This document shows, in pieces, positions 37,831-49,874 of a DNA stretch of 64,000 bases. Source of the stretch: Pristiophorus japonicus (taxonomy: Eukaryota); NCBI RefSeq assembly GCF_044704955.1, contig NC_091984.1, positions 144,212,001 through 144,276,000 on the forward strand, in the 5' to 3' direction. The stretch's first letter is position 1; each line of letters starts with the position of its first letter. The position numbers and the translations under genes were made by a program. The notes below the pieces were generated by a model that was given only the letters and a program-made list of their open reading frames with translations, made no database searches and had not been told where the DNA came from.

Positions 37831-40800
37831 TTAAACAAACTTAACAAACTCAACAATAAACGGACTTACTGAAATCAGCACTGACTTTCGCGGTTCGCGT
37901 TGCTGCGCGTTCGCGTCGGCCCACGTTTACTCGCACGCGCGCGCTCGCGCCGCCGCACGTCTCACGTCACCACGCGTTAGCGCCACTGCGTGTCTGCGTC
38001 ACCATGCGTTAGCGTCGCTGCGCCAGCCCTCCACTCGGCCGCACGCTCGCGCCGCTGCACGTCTCGCATCGCTGCGCGTTAGCGCCGTTGCGCGTTCGCG
38101 TCGGCCCTACCTTTCGAGTTGCTGCGGGATTTAAATTCAATCAGAGCCTAGACGGGCCAAGTGATATACAAGGTCGACGTCGTACCTAAATTGAACACCT
38201 ATCCTCTATTTAATTCCCCATTTTATTCCCTGTGAGCCTAATTTTCTAAATTTGATTTCTTATGAGCCTTATTTAATTTCTTTTAGTCTCCAAATTTCCC
38301 TATCCTTTCGCGTCACTGCGCAGTTTAAATTCAATCAGTCAATGAAAGCTCTAATTTAATGGAGTTTTTCTGCCTACTGGACAGGAGTGATTTATTTATT
38401 TTTTTAGACTGCAGTGGAATTTTTCTCATAATTTAAAATCTCAGAACATTTTTTATCAGCACCTATTTAGTACGTTACTTTTTTTTTGTATTTTACATAA
38501 CTAGAGAGAAGTCTGGCACGTAGGCTGTGGACTGCTTTTCGTTATCTCAATTGTTCCAGCCTCAAGGTCGTGTTATTTAATATAATATTTTTTTTGAATC
38601 CTTTTGAATCCATCCCAGTTGTTTTGCTGTGCCTTCTCTGAATGTTTCCTTTCAACAAGTTTGTGAGCATGTTAAATCCTTTTTTTTTTAAACCACCGGG
38701 ACCATGTAATTTTTTCTTTTTTTCAACAAACCTATCCTTTGTGCATTTCCTGGCTCCGTAACTTAACATCCGAATATACGTAATTCAATAAGGTTCACAC
38801 TCTTAAACTTCCAACATACAGGACAACACCACGAAGGGTTAAAACAAACTTTCATTCTGTTTGAGATAAAACAAACCACAACTCCCCGGCTTTTTTTTTA
38901 CAGTAAAAATCACAGAAGCATTTCTCATTTAAACAGACATTCACAAGAGTCTCTTTTCTTTCCTATTAATTTTTGGATCCATGATTGATCATTTATCCCT
39001 ATCTAGCTCTAACTATAACCTATCTTTCCAAGTCGCCACTTGGTTTGCGTCATCGCGCAATTTCCCTATTTCTATCCCTATTCTAAGTTTGAAAGGTATT
39101 CACCAGATTGTCCTGGATCTCGTTCAGACACTACCTGAGAACCAGCGAGTGGCTAAACTTTCCTCAGACTTTTGAAACCGGGGGAAACTGGAGCAGTATT
39201 GAAATCATACTCACTCCAGTGGCCACTTTCCCCTCGTCTCGTCCGAGGCTAGTCTGGCTCTTAATTTGCAAGTTTTCGGCAGTCGTCCGTTGAGATCCCA
39301 CTTCTGACACCAAATGTAAATGTAGATTCTTTTCTCTCAATCTGGTTCAGTAAAATTACTGAGTCGAATACCTCTTGTGCTTTGAACAAAGCAGTCTTTA
39401 TTTTACCGGCCGGCAAGACTTATCAGACAGAGGATATATTCTCTCGATCGAGCGTACACACTCCCTACGGATAAGTGAAGTTACATCGTAAAGCGACAAC
39501 AGTTATACATTCTCGGCAAAAGATAACAAGATAGGGCTAGAGTGACATCCTAGTTCAACCTATCTCTTTTGGTCCCTCTTTCCCTTTGTCCACTCATAAG
39601 CCGACCTAAATATGGTCTGATTTTAAACAAAGACCTTCTGTTAATGTTTCAGGTTAATAACATGATTTAATAAGACCTTGAGGTTTTTCTGCAAGCTGTG
39701 GGTTTTGTTTCAATATGTGTTAGTGTTGTAACATTTCGCAGTCTCGAGTCCGAGATGTCATGGCTATTCCTCCATGAATTATTTGTTAGCTTATACTGTC
39801 CCTATACAATTCCCACGTTCTCAACTTCAATATCTCTATACATTTTAAACATTCACATTCTCAGTAGGCTGCCATTGCCCACCACAGGGGTGGAAAAGGC
39901 ACAGCTGCAGATTTAGCTATGGTAATGGAAGCATTTGAGAGTGAGCAATCACCTGTTACCGCCCGACAGATTAGAACCTGGACGAGCCAGGACCCCTTAC
40001 TGTCCTTAGTAAAAAAAACTGTGTGCTCACAGGAGCTGGTTCAGTGTCTCATTAGAAATGCAGGAAGAAATAAAGCCATACCAGCGGCGCAAAGATGAAA
40101 TGCCTTCTGTGGGGTAATCGGGTATTGGTACCAAAAAAGGGCAGGGACACTTTCATTAGTGGTCTCAACAGTACCCACCCAGGCATTGTAATGATGAAAA
40201 CAATAGCCAGATCCCACGTGTGGTGGCCCGGTATTGATGCAGACTTAGAGTCCTGTGTGCACAAATGTAACACATGTTCACAGTTCAGCAGTGCACCCAG
40301 GGAGGCGTCACTAAGTTTATGGCCTTGGCCCTCCAAACCAAAGTCTAGGGTTCATGTCGACTATGCAAGCCCATTCTTGGGAAAAATGTTCCTAGTGGTT
40401 GTTGATGAGTACTCCAAGTGGATTGAATGTGAGATAATGTTGGCAAGCACGTCCGCTGCCACCACTGAAAGCCTGCGGGCCATGTTTGCCACGCACGACC
40501 TGCCTGATGTCCTTGTGAGTGACAACGAGCCGTGTTTCACCAGTGCCGAGTTCAAAGAGTACATGACCTGCAATGGGATCAAACATGTCACATCTGCCTC
40601 GTTCAAACCGGCATCCAATGGTCAGGCAGAGAGAGCAGTGCAAACAATCAAGCAGAGCTTGAAGAGGGTAGCTGAAGGCTCACTGCAGACTCACCTATCC
40701 CGAGTCCTGCTTAGTTACCGCATGAGACCCCACTTGCTCACTGGGATTCCACCTGCTAAACTGCTCATGAAAAGGGCATTTAAGGCAAGGCTCTCGTTAC

Positions 40801-40921
40801 TTCGCCCTGATCAACACGAACAGGGAGAGAGCAGGTGGCTTCAACAAAGTACACATCATGATAGCGCAAATGTGTCAAGCGAAATTGAAATTAATGATCC
40901 TGTATTTGTGTTGATCTATGG

Positions 40922-43900
40922 AATTCTTTGAGGATGTAACGAGCAGGGTGGATAAAGGGGAACTAGTGGATGTTGTGTATTTTGACTTCCAGAAGGCATT
41001 TGACAAGGTATCACATAAATGGTTACTGTACAAGGTAAAATTCACAGTGTTGGGGGTAATATATTAGAATGGATAGAGGATTGGCTAACTAACAGAAAAC
41101 AGAGAGTCGGGATTAATGGTTAATTCTCGTTTTGGCAATCAGTAACTAGTGGGGTGCTGCTGGATCCCCAACTATTTACAATCTATATTAACGACTTGGA
41201 AGAAGGAATCGAGTGTAACGTAGCCGAGTTTGCTGATGATACAAAGATGGGAGGAAAAGCAATGCATGAGGAGGACACAAAAAACCTCCAAAAAGGACAT
41301 AGACAGGCTAAGTGAGTGGGCAAAAATTTGGCAGATGGAGTATAATGTTGGAAAGTGTGAGGTTATGCACATTGGCAGAAAAAAATCGAAGAGCAAGTTA
41401 TTATTTAAATGGAGAAAAATTGCAAAGTGCTGCAGTACAGCGGGACCTGGGGGTCCTGGTACATGAAACACAAAAGGTTAGTATGCAGGTACAGCAAGTG
41501 ATCAGGAAGGCCAATGGAATCTTGGCCTTTATTGCAAAGGGGATGGAGTATAAAAGCAGGGAAGTCTTGCTACAGCTATACAGGGTATTGATGAGGCCAC
41601 ATTTGGAATACTGCGTACAGTTTTGGTTTCCATATTTACGAAAGGATACACTTGCCTTGGAGGCCGTTCAGAGAAGGTTCATTAGGTTGATTCTGGGAAT
41701 GAGGAAAGGTTGTGTAGATTGGGCCTCTACTCATTGGAATTCAGAAGAATGAGAGGTGGCCTTATCGACCAAGGTGGATACAAAGAGGATGTTTCCACTG
41801 ATAGGGGAGACTAGAACTAAGCGGCATAATATTAGAATAAGGTGCCATCCATTTAAAACTGAGATGAGGAGGAATTTATTCTCTCGGTATCTCTAATCTC
41901 TAATTATTCTCTAATCTCTGGATTACTCCCAGTGCCATGAGCTAGTGAGTACAGAAACAGGAGGATAGAGCAGACGAATACATGCCTGGAGAGACGGTGC
42001 AGGCGGGAGGGCTTTAGTTTCCTGAGGTATTGGGACCGTTTCAGGGGGAGGTGGAACCTGCACAAGCCGGACGGGTTGCACCTCAACAGAGCCGGGACAA
42101 ATATCCTCGCAGTGGGGAGGGTTTGTTAGTGCTGTTGGGGAGGGTTTAAACTAGCTGGGCAGGGGGCTGGGAACCTGAAAATAGATTCAGTAGGGAGGGG
42201 AGTAAAGCTGGAATTAGAAAGCAAAAATAAAGTGAGTTTGAAGGAGAGAGGAAACGAGCAGGAAAAAAGGTTAAAAAACAAATTTAAAGGATCTTTGTCT
42301 AAATGCACGTAGCATTTGTAACAAAATAGATCAGTTGACGGCACAAATAGATACAAATGGGTATGATCTGTAGCCATTACAGAGACATGGTTGCAAGGTG
42401 ACCAGGACTGGGTACTAAATATTCAGGGGTGCTTGACAATCCGGAAGGACAGACAGAAAGGAAAAGGAGGTGGGGTAGCTCTATTGATAAAGGATGGAAT
42501 CACTGCAATAGTGAGAAATGAAATTGGCTCAAATGATGAGGATGTTGAAACAGTTTGTGTGGAGATAAGGAATAATAAAGGGAAAAAGTCACTGGTGGGC
42601 ATAATCTATAGGCCCCCAAACAGTAGCACCTCTGTTGGTCGGAGAATAAACCAGGAAATAGTGGAGGCTTGTGAAAAGGGAACAACAATAATCATGGGTG
42701 ATTTTAACCTCCACATTGATTGGACAAATCAAATTGGTGAGGGTAGCCTTGAGGAAGAGTTCATAGAGTGCATAAGGGAAGGGTTCCTTGAGCAGTCTGT
42801 AACGGAATCAACCAGGGGGCAGGCTATCTTAGATCTGGTCCTGTGTAATGAAATAGGATTAGTAAACAATCTCCTCATAAAGGATCCCCTTGGAGCAAGT
42901 GATGATAACATGGTTCAATTTCAAATTCAGATGGAGGATGAGAAAGTTGGATCTCAAACCAGCGTTCTAAGCTTAAATAAAGGAGACTACAAAGATATGA
43001 GGGCAGAGTTGGCTAAAGTGGACTGGGAAAATGGATTAAAGTGTAGGACAGCTGATGAACAGTGGTACACATTTAAGGAAGTATTTCACAACCCTGAAGA
43101 AAAATATATTCCAGTGAGGAGGAAAGGTGTAAAAGAAAAGATAGCCATCTGTGGCTAATTAACAAAATAAAGGACGGTATCCAATTAAAAACAAGGGCAT
43201 ACAAAGTGGCCAAAACTAGTGGAAGGGCAGAAGATTGGGAAGCTTTGAAAAGCCAGCAAAGATTGACTAAAAAAATGATTAAGAAAGGGAAGATAGACTA
43301 TGAAAGTAAACTAGCACAAAATATAAAAACAGATAGCAAGAGTTTCTATATGTATATAAAAAGGAAAAGAGTGGCTAAAGTAAAGGTTGGTCCCTTAGAT
43401 TCTAGGCTGTGAGCGCGGTTCATAGTTTTCTCCCGTGTCATTAACAAACGTACAGCTGTGACAATCTCCCTCTTTCACTTCCTCTGTGGGTGAAGTTTCA
43501 TTCTTCCGATCTGACAGGCTCTTCAGTTATTTGTTGCACGGGGGATTTCTGCTGTGGTCTGAGTCTCTAATAATAACCGTCCAATCAGGCAGAATAACAG
43601 CAGCTCGGACCAGCTAGGACAGCGGACCCAGGCTCAGTGCTGACCCTGCAACGTCCTCCTCACCAACATCTGGGGACTTGTGCCAAAAGTGGGAGAGCTG
43701 CCCCACAGACTAGTCAAGCACCAGCCTGACATAGTCCTACTCACAGAATCAGACCTTTCAGCCAATGTCCCAGATTCCTCCATCACCCGAGGTGGCAGCT
43801 CAGTGGTACACAGTCGGGAGGGAGTGGCCCTGGGAGTCCTCAACATTGACTCCGGACCCCATGAAGTCTCATGGCATCAGGTCAAACACGGGCAATGAAA

Positions 43901-45785
43901 CCTCCTGCTGATTGCCACCTCCCGCCCTCCCTCAGCTGATGAATCAGTACTCCTCCATGTTGAACACCACTCGGAAGAAGCACTGAGAGTAGCAAGGACA
44001 CAGAATGTACTCTGGGTGAGGGACTTCATTGTCCATCACCAAGAGTGGCTCGGTAGCACCACTACTGACCGAGCTGGCCGAGAGGGGCGATGCTGACATT
44101 GCAATCACAGGTACTGGAGGACTGGAGGTCTGCAAACATGGTAGCTTTGTTTAAAAAGGGAGTAAGGGATCGATCGAGTCACTACAGGTCAGTCGGACTC
44201 ACTTCGGGGGCGGGATAGGAAGAATCTTCATTTAACAAAACACAGATTAGCCAAGGACAGTCAGCATGGATTTATTAAGGGAAGTTTGTGTCTGAATAAC
44301 TTGATTCAATTTTTTGAGGAGATAACAATGTAACGCCTCTGTTTAAAAAAGGGGGCAGACAAAAGGCAGGTAACTATAGGCCGGTTAGTTTAACATCTGT
44401 CGTGGGGAAAATGCTTGAAACTATCATTAAGGAAGAAATAGCGGGACATCTAGATCGGAATAGTGCAATCAAGCAGACGCAGCATGGATTCATGAAGGGG
44501 AAATCATATTTAACTAATTCACTGGAATTCTTTGAGGATATAACGAGCATGGTGGATAGAGGTGTACCGATGGATGGCGTGTATTTAGATTTTCAAAAGG
44601 CATTCAATAAGGTGCCACACAAAAGGTTACTTCAAAATATAAAGGTACGCGGTGTCAGTGTAACTATATTACCATAGATAGAGAATTGGCTGGCTAACAG
44701 AGAGCAGAGAATCGGGATAAATGGGTCCTTTTCGGGTTGGAAATCGGTGGTTAGTGATGTGCCACAGGGATCGGAGCTGAGACCACAACTGTTTACAATA
44801 TACATAGATGACCTGGAAGAGGGGACAGAGTGTAGTGTAACAAAATTTGCATAAGACACAAAGATTAGTGGGAAAGCGGGTTGTGTAGAGGACACAGAGA
44901 GGCTGCAAAGAGATTTAGATAGGTTAAGCAAATAGGCTAAGGTTTGGCAGATGGAATACAATGTCGGAAAGTGTGAGGTCATCCACCTTGGGAAAAAAAA
45001 CAGTAAAAGGGAATATTATTTGAATGGGGAGAAATTACAACATGCTGTGGTGCAGAGGGACCTGGGGGTCGTTGTGCATGAATCCCAAAACGTTAATTTG
45101 CAGGTGCAGCAGGTAATCAGGAAGGCGAATGGAATGTTGGCCTTCATTGCGAGAGGGATGGAGTACAAAAGCAGGAAGGGCCTTCTGCAACTGTATAGGG
45201 TATTGGTGAGGCCGCACCTGGAGTACTGCGTGCAGTTTTGGTCACCTTTCTTAAGGAAAGATATACTAGCTTTGGAGTGGGTACAGAGACGATTCACTCG
45301 GCTGATTCCGGAGCTGAGGGGGTTACCATATGATGATAGATTGAGTAGACTGGGTCTTTACTCGTTGGAGTGCAGAAGGATGAGGTGTGATCTTTTAGAA
45401 ACATTTAAAATAATGAAAGGGATAGACAAGATAGAGGCAGAGAGGTTGTTTCCACTGGTCGGGGAGACAAGAACTAGGGGGCACAGCCTCAAAATACAGG
45501 GGAGCCAATTTAAAACCGGGTTGAGAAGGAATTTCTTCTCCCAGAGGGTTGTGAATCTGTGGAATTCTCTGCCCAAGGAAGCAGTTGAGGCTAGCTCATT
45601 GAATGTATTCATCACAGATAGATAGATTTTTAACCATTAAGGGAATTAAGGGTTATGGGGAGCGGGTGGGCAAGTGAAGCTGAGTCCACGGCCAGATCAG
45701 CCATGATCTTGTTGAGTGGCGGAGCAGGCTCGAGGGGCTAGATGGCCTACTCCTGTTCCTAATTCTTATGTTCTTATGTTCTTAA
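40922..45785 (+). mobile_element. Cluster of + strand CR1-clade LINE fragments (RT 40922-41885; ORF1/EN 41915-43400; EN 43640-44080; RT-3' end 44330-45785)
   Basis: EFFEDV, YRPP/GDFN, RPHLEYCVQFW, RGHSLKI motifs; tail TTCTTATG repeats at ~45765-45785. Confidence 0.85.
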
Positions 45786-46593
45786 GGAGGGTTGATGAGG
45801 GCAGTGCGTTTGATGACGTGTATATGGATTTTAGCAAAACTTTTTAATGGCAGTCTTGTCGTAAAAGTAAAAGCCCATGGGATCCAGGGTAAAGTGACAA
45901 GTTGGATCCAAAATTGCCTCAGATGCAGGAACCATAGAAAATTGGTGCAGGAGTAGGCCATTCGGCCCTTCGAGCCTGCACCACCATTCAATAAGATCAT
46001 TCCCTCAGTACCCCTTTCCTGCTTTCTCTCTATATCCCTTGATCCCTCAGCCGTAAGGGCCATATCCAACTCTCTCTTGAATATATCCAATGAACTGGCA
46101 TCAACAACTCTCTGCGGCAGGGAATTCCACAGGTTAACAACTCTCTGAGTGAAGAAGTTTCTCCTCATCTTAGTCATAAATGGCCTACCCCTTATCCTAA
46201 GATTGTGTCCCCTAGTTCTGGACTTCCCCAACATCGGGAACATTCTTCCCGCATCTAACCTGTCCCGTCCCGTCAGAATCTTATATGTTTCTATCAGATC
46301 CCCTCTCTTCCTTCTAAACTCTCGTGTATAAAGGCCCAGTTGATTCAGTCTCTCCTCATATGAAGGTGCAGCCATCCCTGGAATCAGTCTGGTGAATCTT
46401 CGCTGCACTCCCTCAATAGCAAGAACGTCCTTCCTCAGATTAGGGTAATGGTGATGGGTGTTTTTGTGACTGGAAGGCTGTATCCGCTGGGGTTCCACAG
46501 GGCTCAGTGCTGGGTCCCTTGCTTTTTGTGGTATATATCAATGATTTAGACTTGAATGTAGGGGGTATGATTAAGAAGTATGCAGATGATACT

Positions 46594-47234
46594 TGTAATG
46601 TATAAATAAAGAGTCTGACCAGATACAGTGAGCTCAAAGTAAAGTGTGACCTTAGTCTTTCTTTGCACATCTCCAGAGTGCCTCTCCAACCTGTGAGGAC
46701 TCCGTCAGTTAAGGGATTGTGGGATTTCTTGGGACTCCAGGGGATGAGCCCTCTGGTGGTTAAACAAGGTATTTACAGGGTTACATATATAACAACACTC
46801 CCCCACCCACGCCGCCCCCCTGCTCCAAAGTCAACAGTGTAACTATTTACAAGGTGAGTCGAAGTGGGGCCTTTCTTTCCCTGGTTGATGTCTCGGTGCA
46901 AATGCTGGTTTTGGTGAGTCATTTGTTGGGCCCTCGCTGGGCTGCTGTGTAGCTGGCCTTGCTGGGCTGCCTGGTGTGGTGAGTCCTGCTGGGCTGTTGC
47001 AGGTGATGGGTTCTGCTTATTGGTCAACCACTGTGTCGGTTGCTACTGGTGTGTGTGTTGCGGGGGGGTCATAAAAGGTACGGTCTAATGTGGGTTGCTC
47101 TGGATGGTCCGTGAATCTGAGTTTGGTTTGGTCCAAGTGTTTCCTGTAGATGAGTCCATTTGAAAGTTTGACCCAAAACACCCTACTCCCCTCTTTGGCC
47201 ATGACAGTGCTGGGAAGCCACTTGGGACCTTGTC
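46594..47234 (-). mobile_element. 3' end (IN C-terminus, PPT, LTR) of the same Gypsy family as 29761-40922, inverted
   Basis: Minus strand GQGPKWLPSTVMAKEGSRVFWVKLSNG...KHLDQTK; LTR 46594-46797 is the reverse complement of a sequence very like LTR 29761-29977. Confidence 0.85.
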
Positions 47235-48186
47235 ACATCCAGGGGATTTATTTGCCTTTAGTCCTATTATCTTACTGAGTACCACCTCCTTAGTGATTGT
47301 GATTGTGTTAAGTTCCAACCCCGGTAACCCAGCAAATTTTTCCTTTTCAAAATATATATCCAATTCCATCTTGCAGACCTGGGCCCACAGCACTAGACTG
47401 CCCTTAACCTGGGCACAACATTGGCATCTCATTCATTCACTGGGACAGGAAATACCTGGTGTGGGAAATGGAGCCCAGGGCTCTGAACATTCCCTCTGCT
47501 CTCGAGAAAAGCCGCATGCTTGGGTCCAGTTCCATGGGCCTCGACTGCACGTTCCGACCTCACCCAATTCCCCGTGTGTAAGCCTGGACCGTCTCAGCAG
47601 GATATCCAACTGCAGGAGGCCTCACCACAGTGTCCAGCACTGTCCTCACCTGAAATCCACACACAGTCTGCATTGATCGGGAGCCTTTAAGATGCTAAAG
47701 TTGTCAAGCCGCTTGCCAGCAGGATATCAGAGCACAGGGTGCTTCACCCTCAGCATCGACTCTCAGCGGGCAGTGAGGTCAGGGGCAATACATCAGTGAG
47801 GTCTCTGCGAGCAGCAAGATCAATTTTTTTTAAAATTCTGATGGGACTGGACAGGTTAGATGCAGGAAGAATGTTCCCGATTTTGGGGGAGCCCAGAACC
47901 AGGGGTCACAATCTAAGATAAGGGGTAAGCCATTTAGGACTGAGGTGAGGAGAAACTTCTTCACTCAGAGAGTTGTTAACCTGTGAAATTCTCTACCGCA
48001 GAGAGTTGTTGATGCCAGTTCATTGGATATATTCAAAAGGGAGTTAGATATGGCCCTCATGGCTAAAGGGATCAAGCAGGAAAGGGATACTGAGGTGAAT
48101 GTTCAGCCATGATCTTATTAAATGGTGGTGCAGGCTCAAAGAGGCGAATGGCCGACTCCTGCACCTATTTTCTATGTTTCTTTGTC

Positions 48187-48620
48187 CAATAGGACAAATA
48201 GGAAGGAGCAACGTTTCCTGGTGCCTATTGGTGGACCAATACGAATGAGCCATGTTTCCTGGTCCCTACTGGAGGATCAATAGGAAAAAGCCATGTTCCC
48301 TGATCCCTATTGGAGGACCAATCGGAAGGAGCCATGTTTTCTGGTCCCAATTGCAGAACCAATAGGAAGTAGCCATGTTGCATGATACCTTTTGGACAAC
48401 CAATAGGAAGAAGCCATGTTTCATTGTCCTTATTGGAGGATCAATAGGATGGCATCATGTTGCCTGGGTCCGATTGGGGGACTAATAGGAAGGAGCCATG
48501 ATTCCTGGGCCCTATTGTGGGACCAATAGGAAGGAGCCATGATTCCTGGGCCCTATTGTGGGACCAATCGGAAGGAGCCATATTACCTGGGCCCGATTGG
48601 AGGACCAATGGGACATGGAA
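48187..48620. repeat. Degenerate ~41-bp tandem repeat (~10 copies)
   Basis: Unit CCAATAGGAAGGAGCCATGATTCCTGGGCCCTATTGTGGGA; period 41 between 48523 and 48564. Confidence 0.8.
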
Positions 48621-49156
48621 TGTGGACCCTTCCTGTTGTAAATGTGGGATCATTGGCACCTGATCCCAGTAAAAACAACCTGATCTGGAGTGGGGCCATG
48701 GAAGGGGAAGGGATTCAAAGATGTTCTGAGCAGACAGGATGGAGCAGTGGGTCAGAACCTGTCCTGTTGTAACAGCTCACACTGATGGGGTGAGGATCTC
48801 CTCCCTCTGCTGGGCCTTCCTGAAATGAGCTTTATGTCCAAACCGGTCCCCACTGAGAGTAGGCCCACACCACAGAACGGCCCTTAATTGGGCAATAAAC
48901 AACCAGTGTACTGAGAGAGGCCAACGAATGGCCACTGTGGGGAATGGGGCCTTACTCCAGAAGGCATGCTCTGGAGTCAAGGGTTAACATCCATTGGTGG
49001 GGCAGGGCACAGGTAGGTTTATTCTGCATTTCAGTATGCTGCACCTGGGAGTCTGTGTTGAAGGGAGAGGGGGAGAGAGATGGAGGAATGGAGAAAGAAA
49101 GAGGGGGAGAAGGAGGGTGGGGGAGAAGGAGGGTGGGGGAGAAGGAGGGTGGGGAA

Positions 49157-49255
49157 GAGGAAGTGAAATGTGCTGACGTGGCTTTCTCTGGGTGAAGACA
49201 TTTACATACTGAGGGATGGGCAGTGAGACTCTCACAGGCTGCAGGTTTATAAAGC
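49157..49255 (+). promoter_or_regulatory. Ig V-kappa promoter
   Basis: GGAAGTGAAA (49159-49168), TGACGTGG (49174-49181), octamer variant ATTTACAT (49200-49207), TATAAA (49248-49253), ATG at 49307. Confidence 0.7.
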
Positions 49256-49306
49256 AGAACCCAGTGAAGAATAGTTTATCAGTAAGCAGGGACAGGAGCA
49301 GACACC

Positions 49307-49355
49307 ATGATTTCACCCATCCAGCTGATCTGGCCTCTGGCATTCTGCATCGCAG
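49307..49355 (+). CDS. IGKV: Ig kappa (type III/NS4-like) light chain leader exon
   Basis: MISPIQLIWPLAFCIA(G), phase-1 GT donor at 49356; matches the known shark kappa leader type. Confidence 0.92.
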
Positions 49356-49542
49356 GTACCAATCTCTCTCCTTCCACGTTCAATATCTCCCTGCTGTCGA
49401 TTTCTGTCCAACTCTACTGACCAGTGATTGAAGGGCAAATGCTGACACGAGAGGAGAGCTCAGTGTCTCGAGCAATCTCCCATTTTACAGTGTCTTTCTG
49501 TGACAGTGCTTACTTCACTTTCTTTCCCCATTTCCCCCTCAG

Positions 49543-49841
49543 GTATCAGTGGGGACATCATCATGACCCAGTCTCCCCCGGTGCTGTCAGTGAGTGAGGG
49601 ACAGACTGCAACCATCACCTGTACCGCCAGTGCATCCGTTGGCAAGTATGTTGCTTGGTACCAGCAGAAAGCCGGACAGAAACCCACTCTGCTGATCTAT
49701 TATGCAACAACTCGTTTCACTGGAACCTCCGATCGCTTCACCGGCAGTTACCAGTCCAACACGTTCACACTGAGCATCAGCAACGTGCAGAGCGAGGATG
49801 TCGCAGACTATTACTGTCAGCAATATAGCAGCTCCCCTCTA
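49543..49841 (+). CDS. IGKV: Ig kappa V gene segment, open frame, germline (unjoined)
   Basis: Polypyrimidine tract + AG at 49541-49542; (G)[16 protein letters not shown]...ITC...WYQQK...LLIY...[16 protein letters not shown]. Confidence 0.96.
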
Positions 49842-49869
49842 CACTGTGATACACAGCCGTACACAAACC
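49842..49869 (+). other. V recombination signal sequence, 12-bp spacer
   Basis: CACTGTG-ATACACAGCCGT-ACACAAACC; V-12/J-23 polarity is kappa-type. Confidence 0.92.
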
Positions 49870-49874
49870 TCAAT

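Larger units (their letters stand above)
32598..39857 (-). mobile_element. Endogenous retrovirus, class I/epsilon-like, internally deleted, recent insertion
   Basis: 543-bp LTRs 39315-39857 and 32598-33140 (3 differences seen); TSD TTCT; 18-nt PBS TGGTGTCAGAAGTGGGAT (tRNA-Leu) at 39295-39312; PPT AAAAGGGGGCAA; gag MGNQ..., PPPY, CFNCGQEGHWNKNC; PR LIDTGA; RH SAQQAEL/IYTDSRYAF; IN HHCC; no env. Confidence 0.93.
29761..40922 (+). mobile_element. Gypsy (Mag/K02A2.6-like) element: 5' LTR (29761-29977), gag, pol; interrupted by the ERV and broken in IN
   Basis: LTR TGTTG...CAACA; gag GDDWETFVERLDQYF and CCHC knuckles; PR ELDTG; RT FQDDIL; RH; IN ORF 40095-40931; the ADxLSRLP motif is split by the ERV. 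Confidence 0.88.

Noticed and set aside
37410-37872. Overlapping 125-148 aa repetitive ORFs
   Set aside because: By-products of the 69-bp (multiple of 3) tandem repeat, open in several frames; no evidence of a protein
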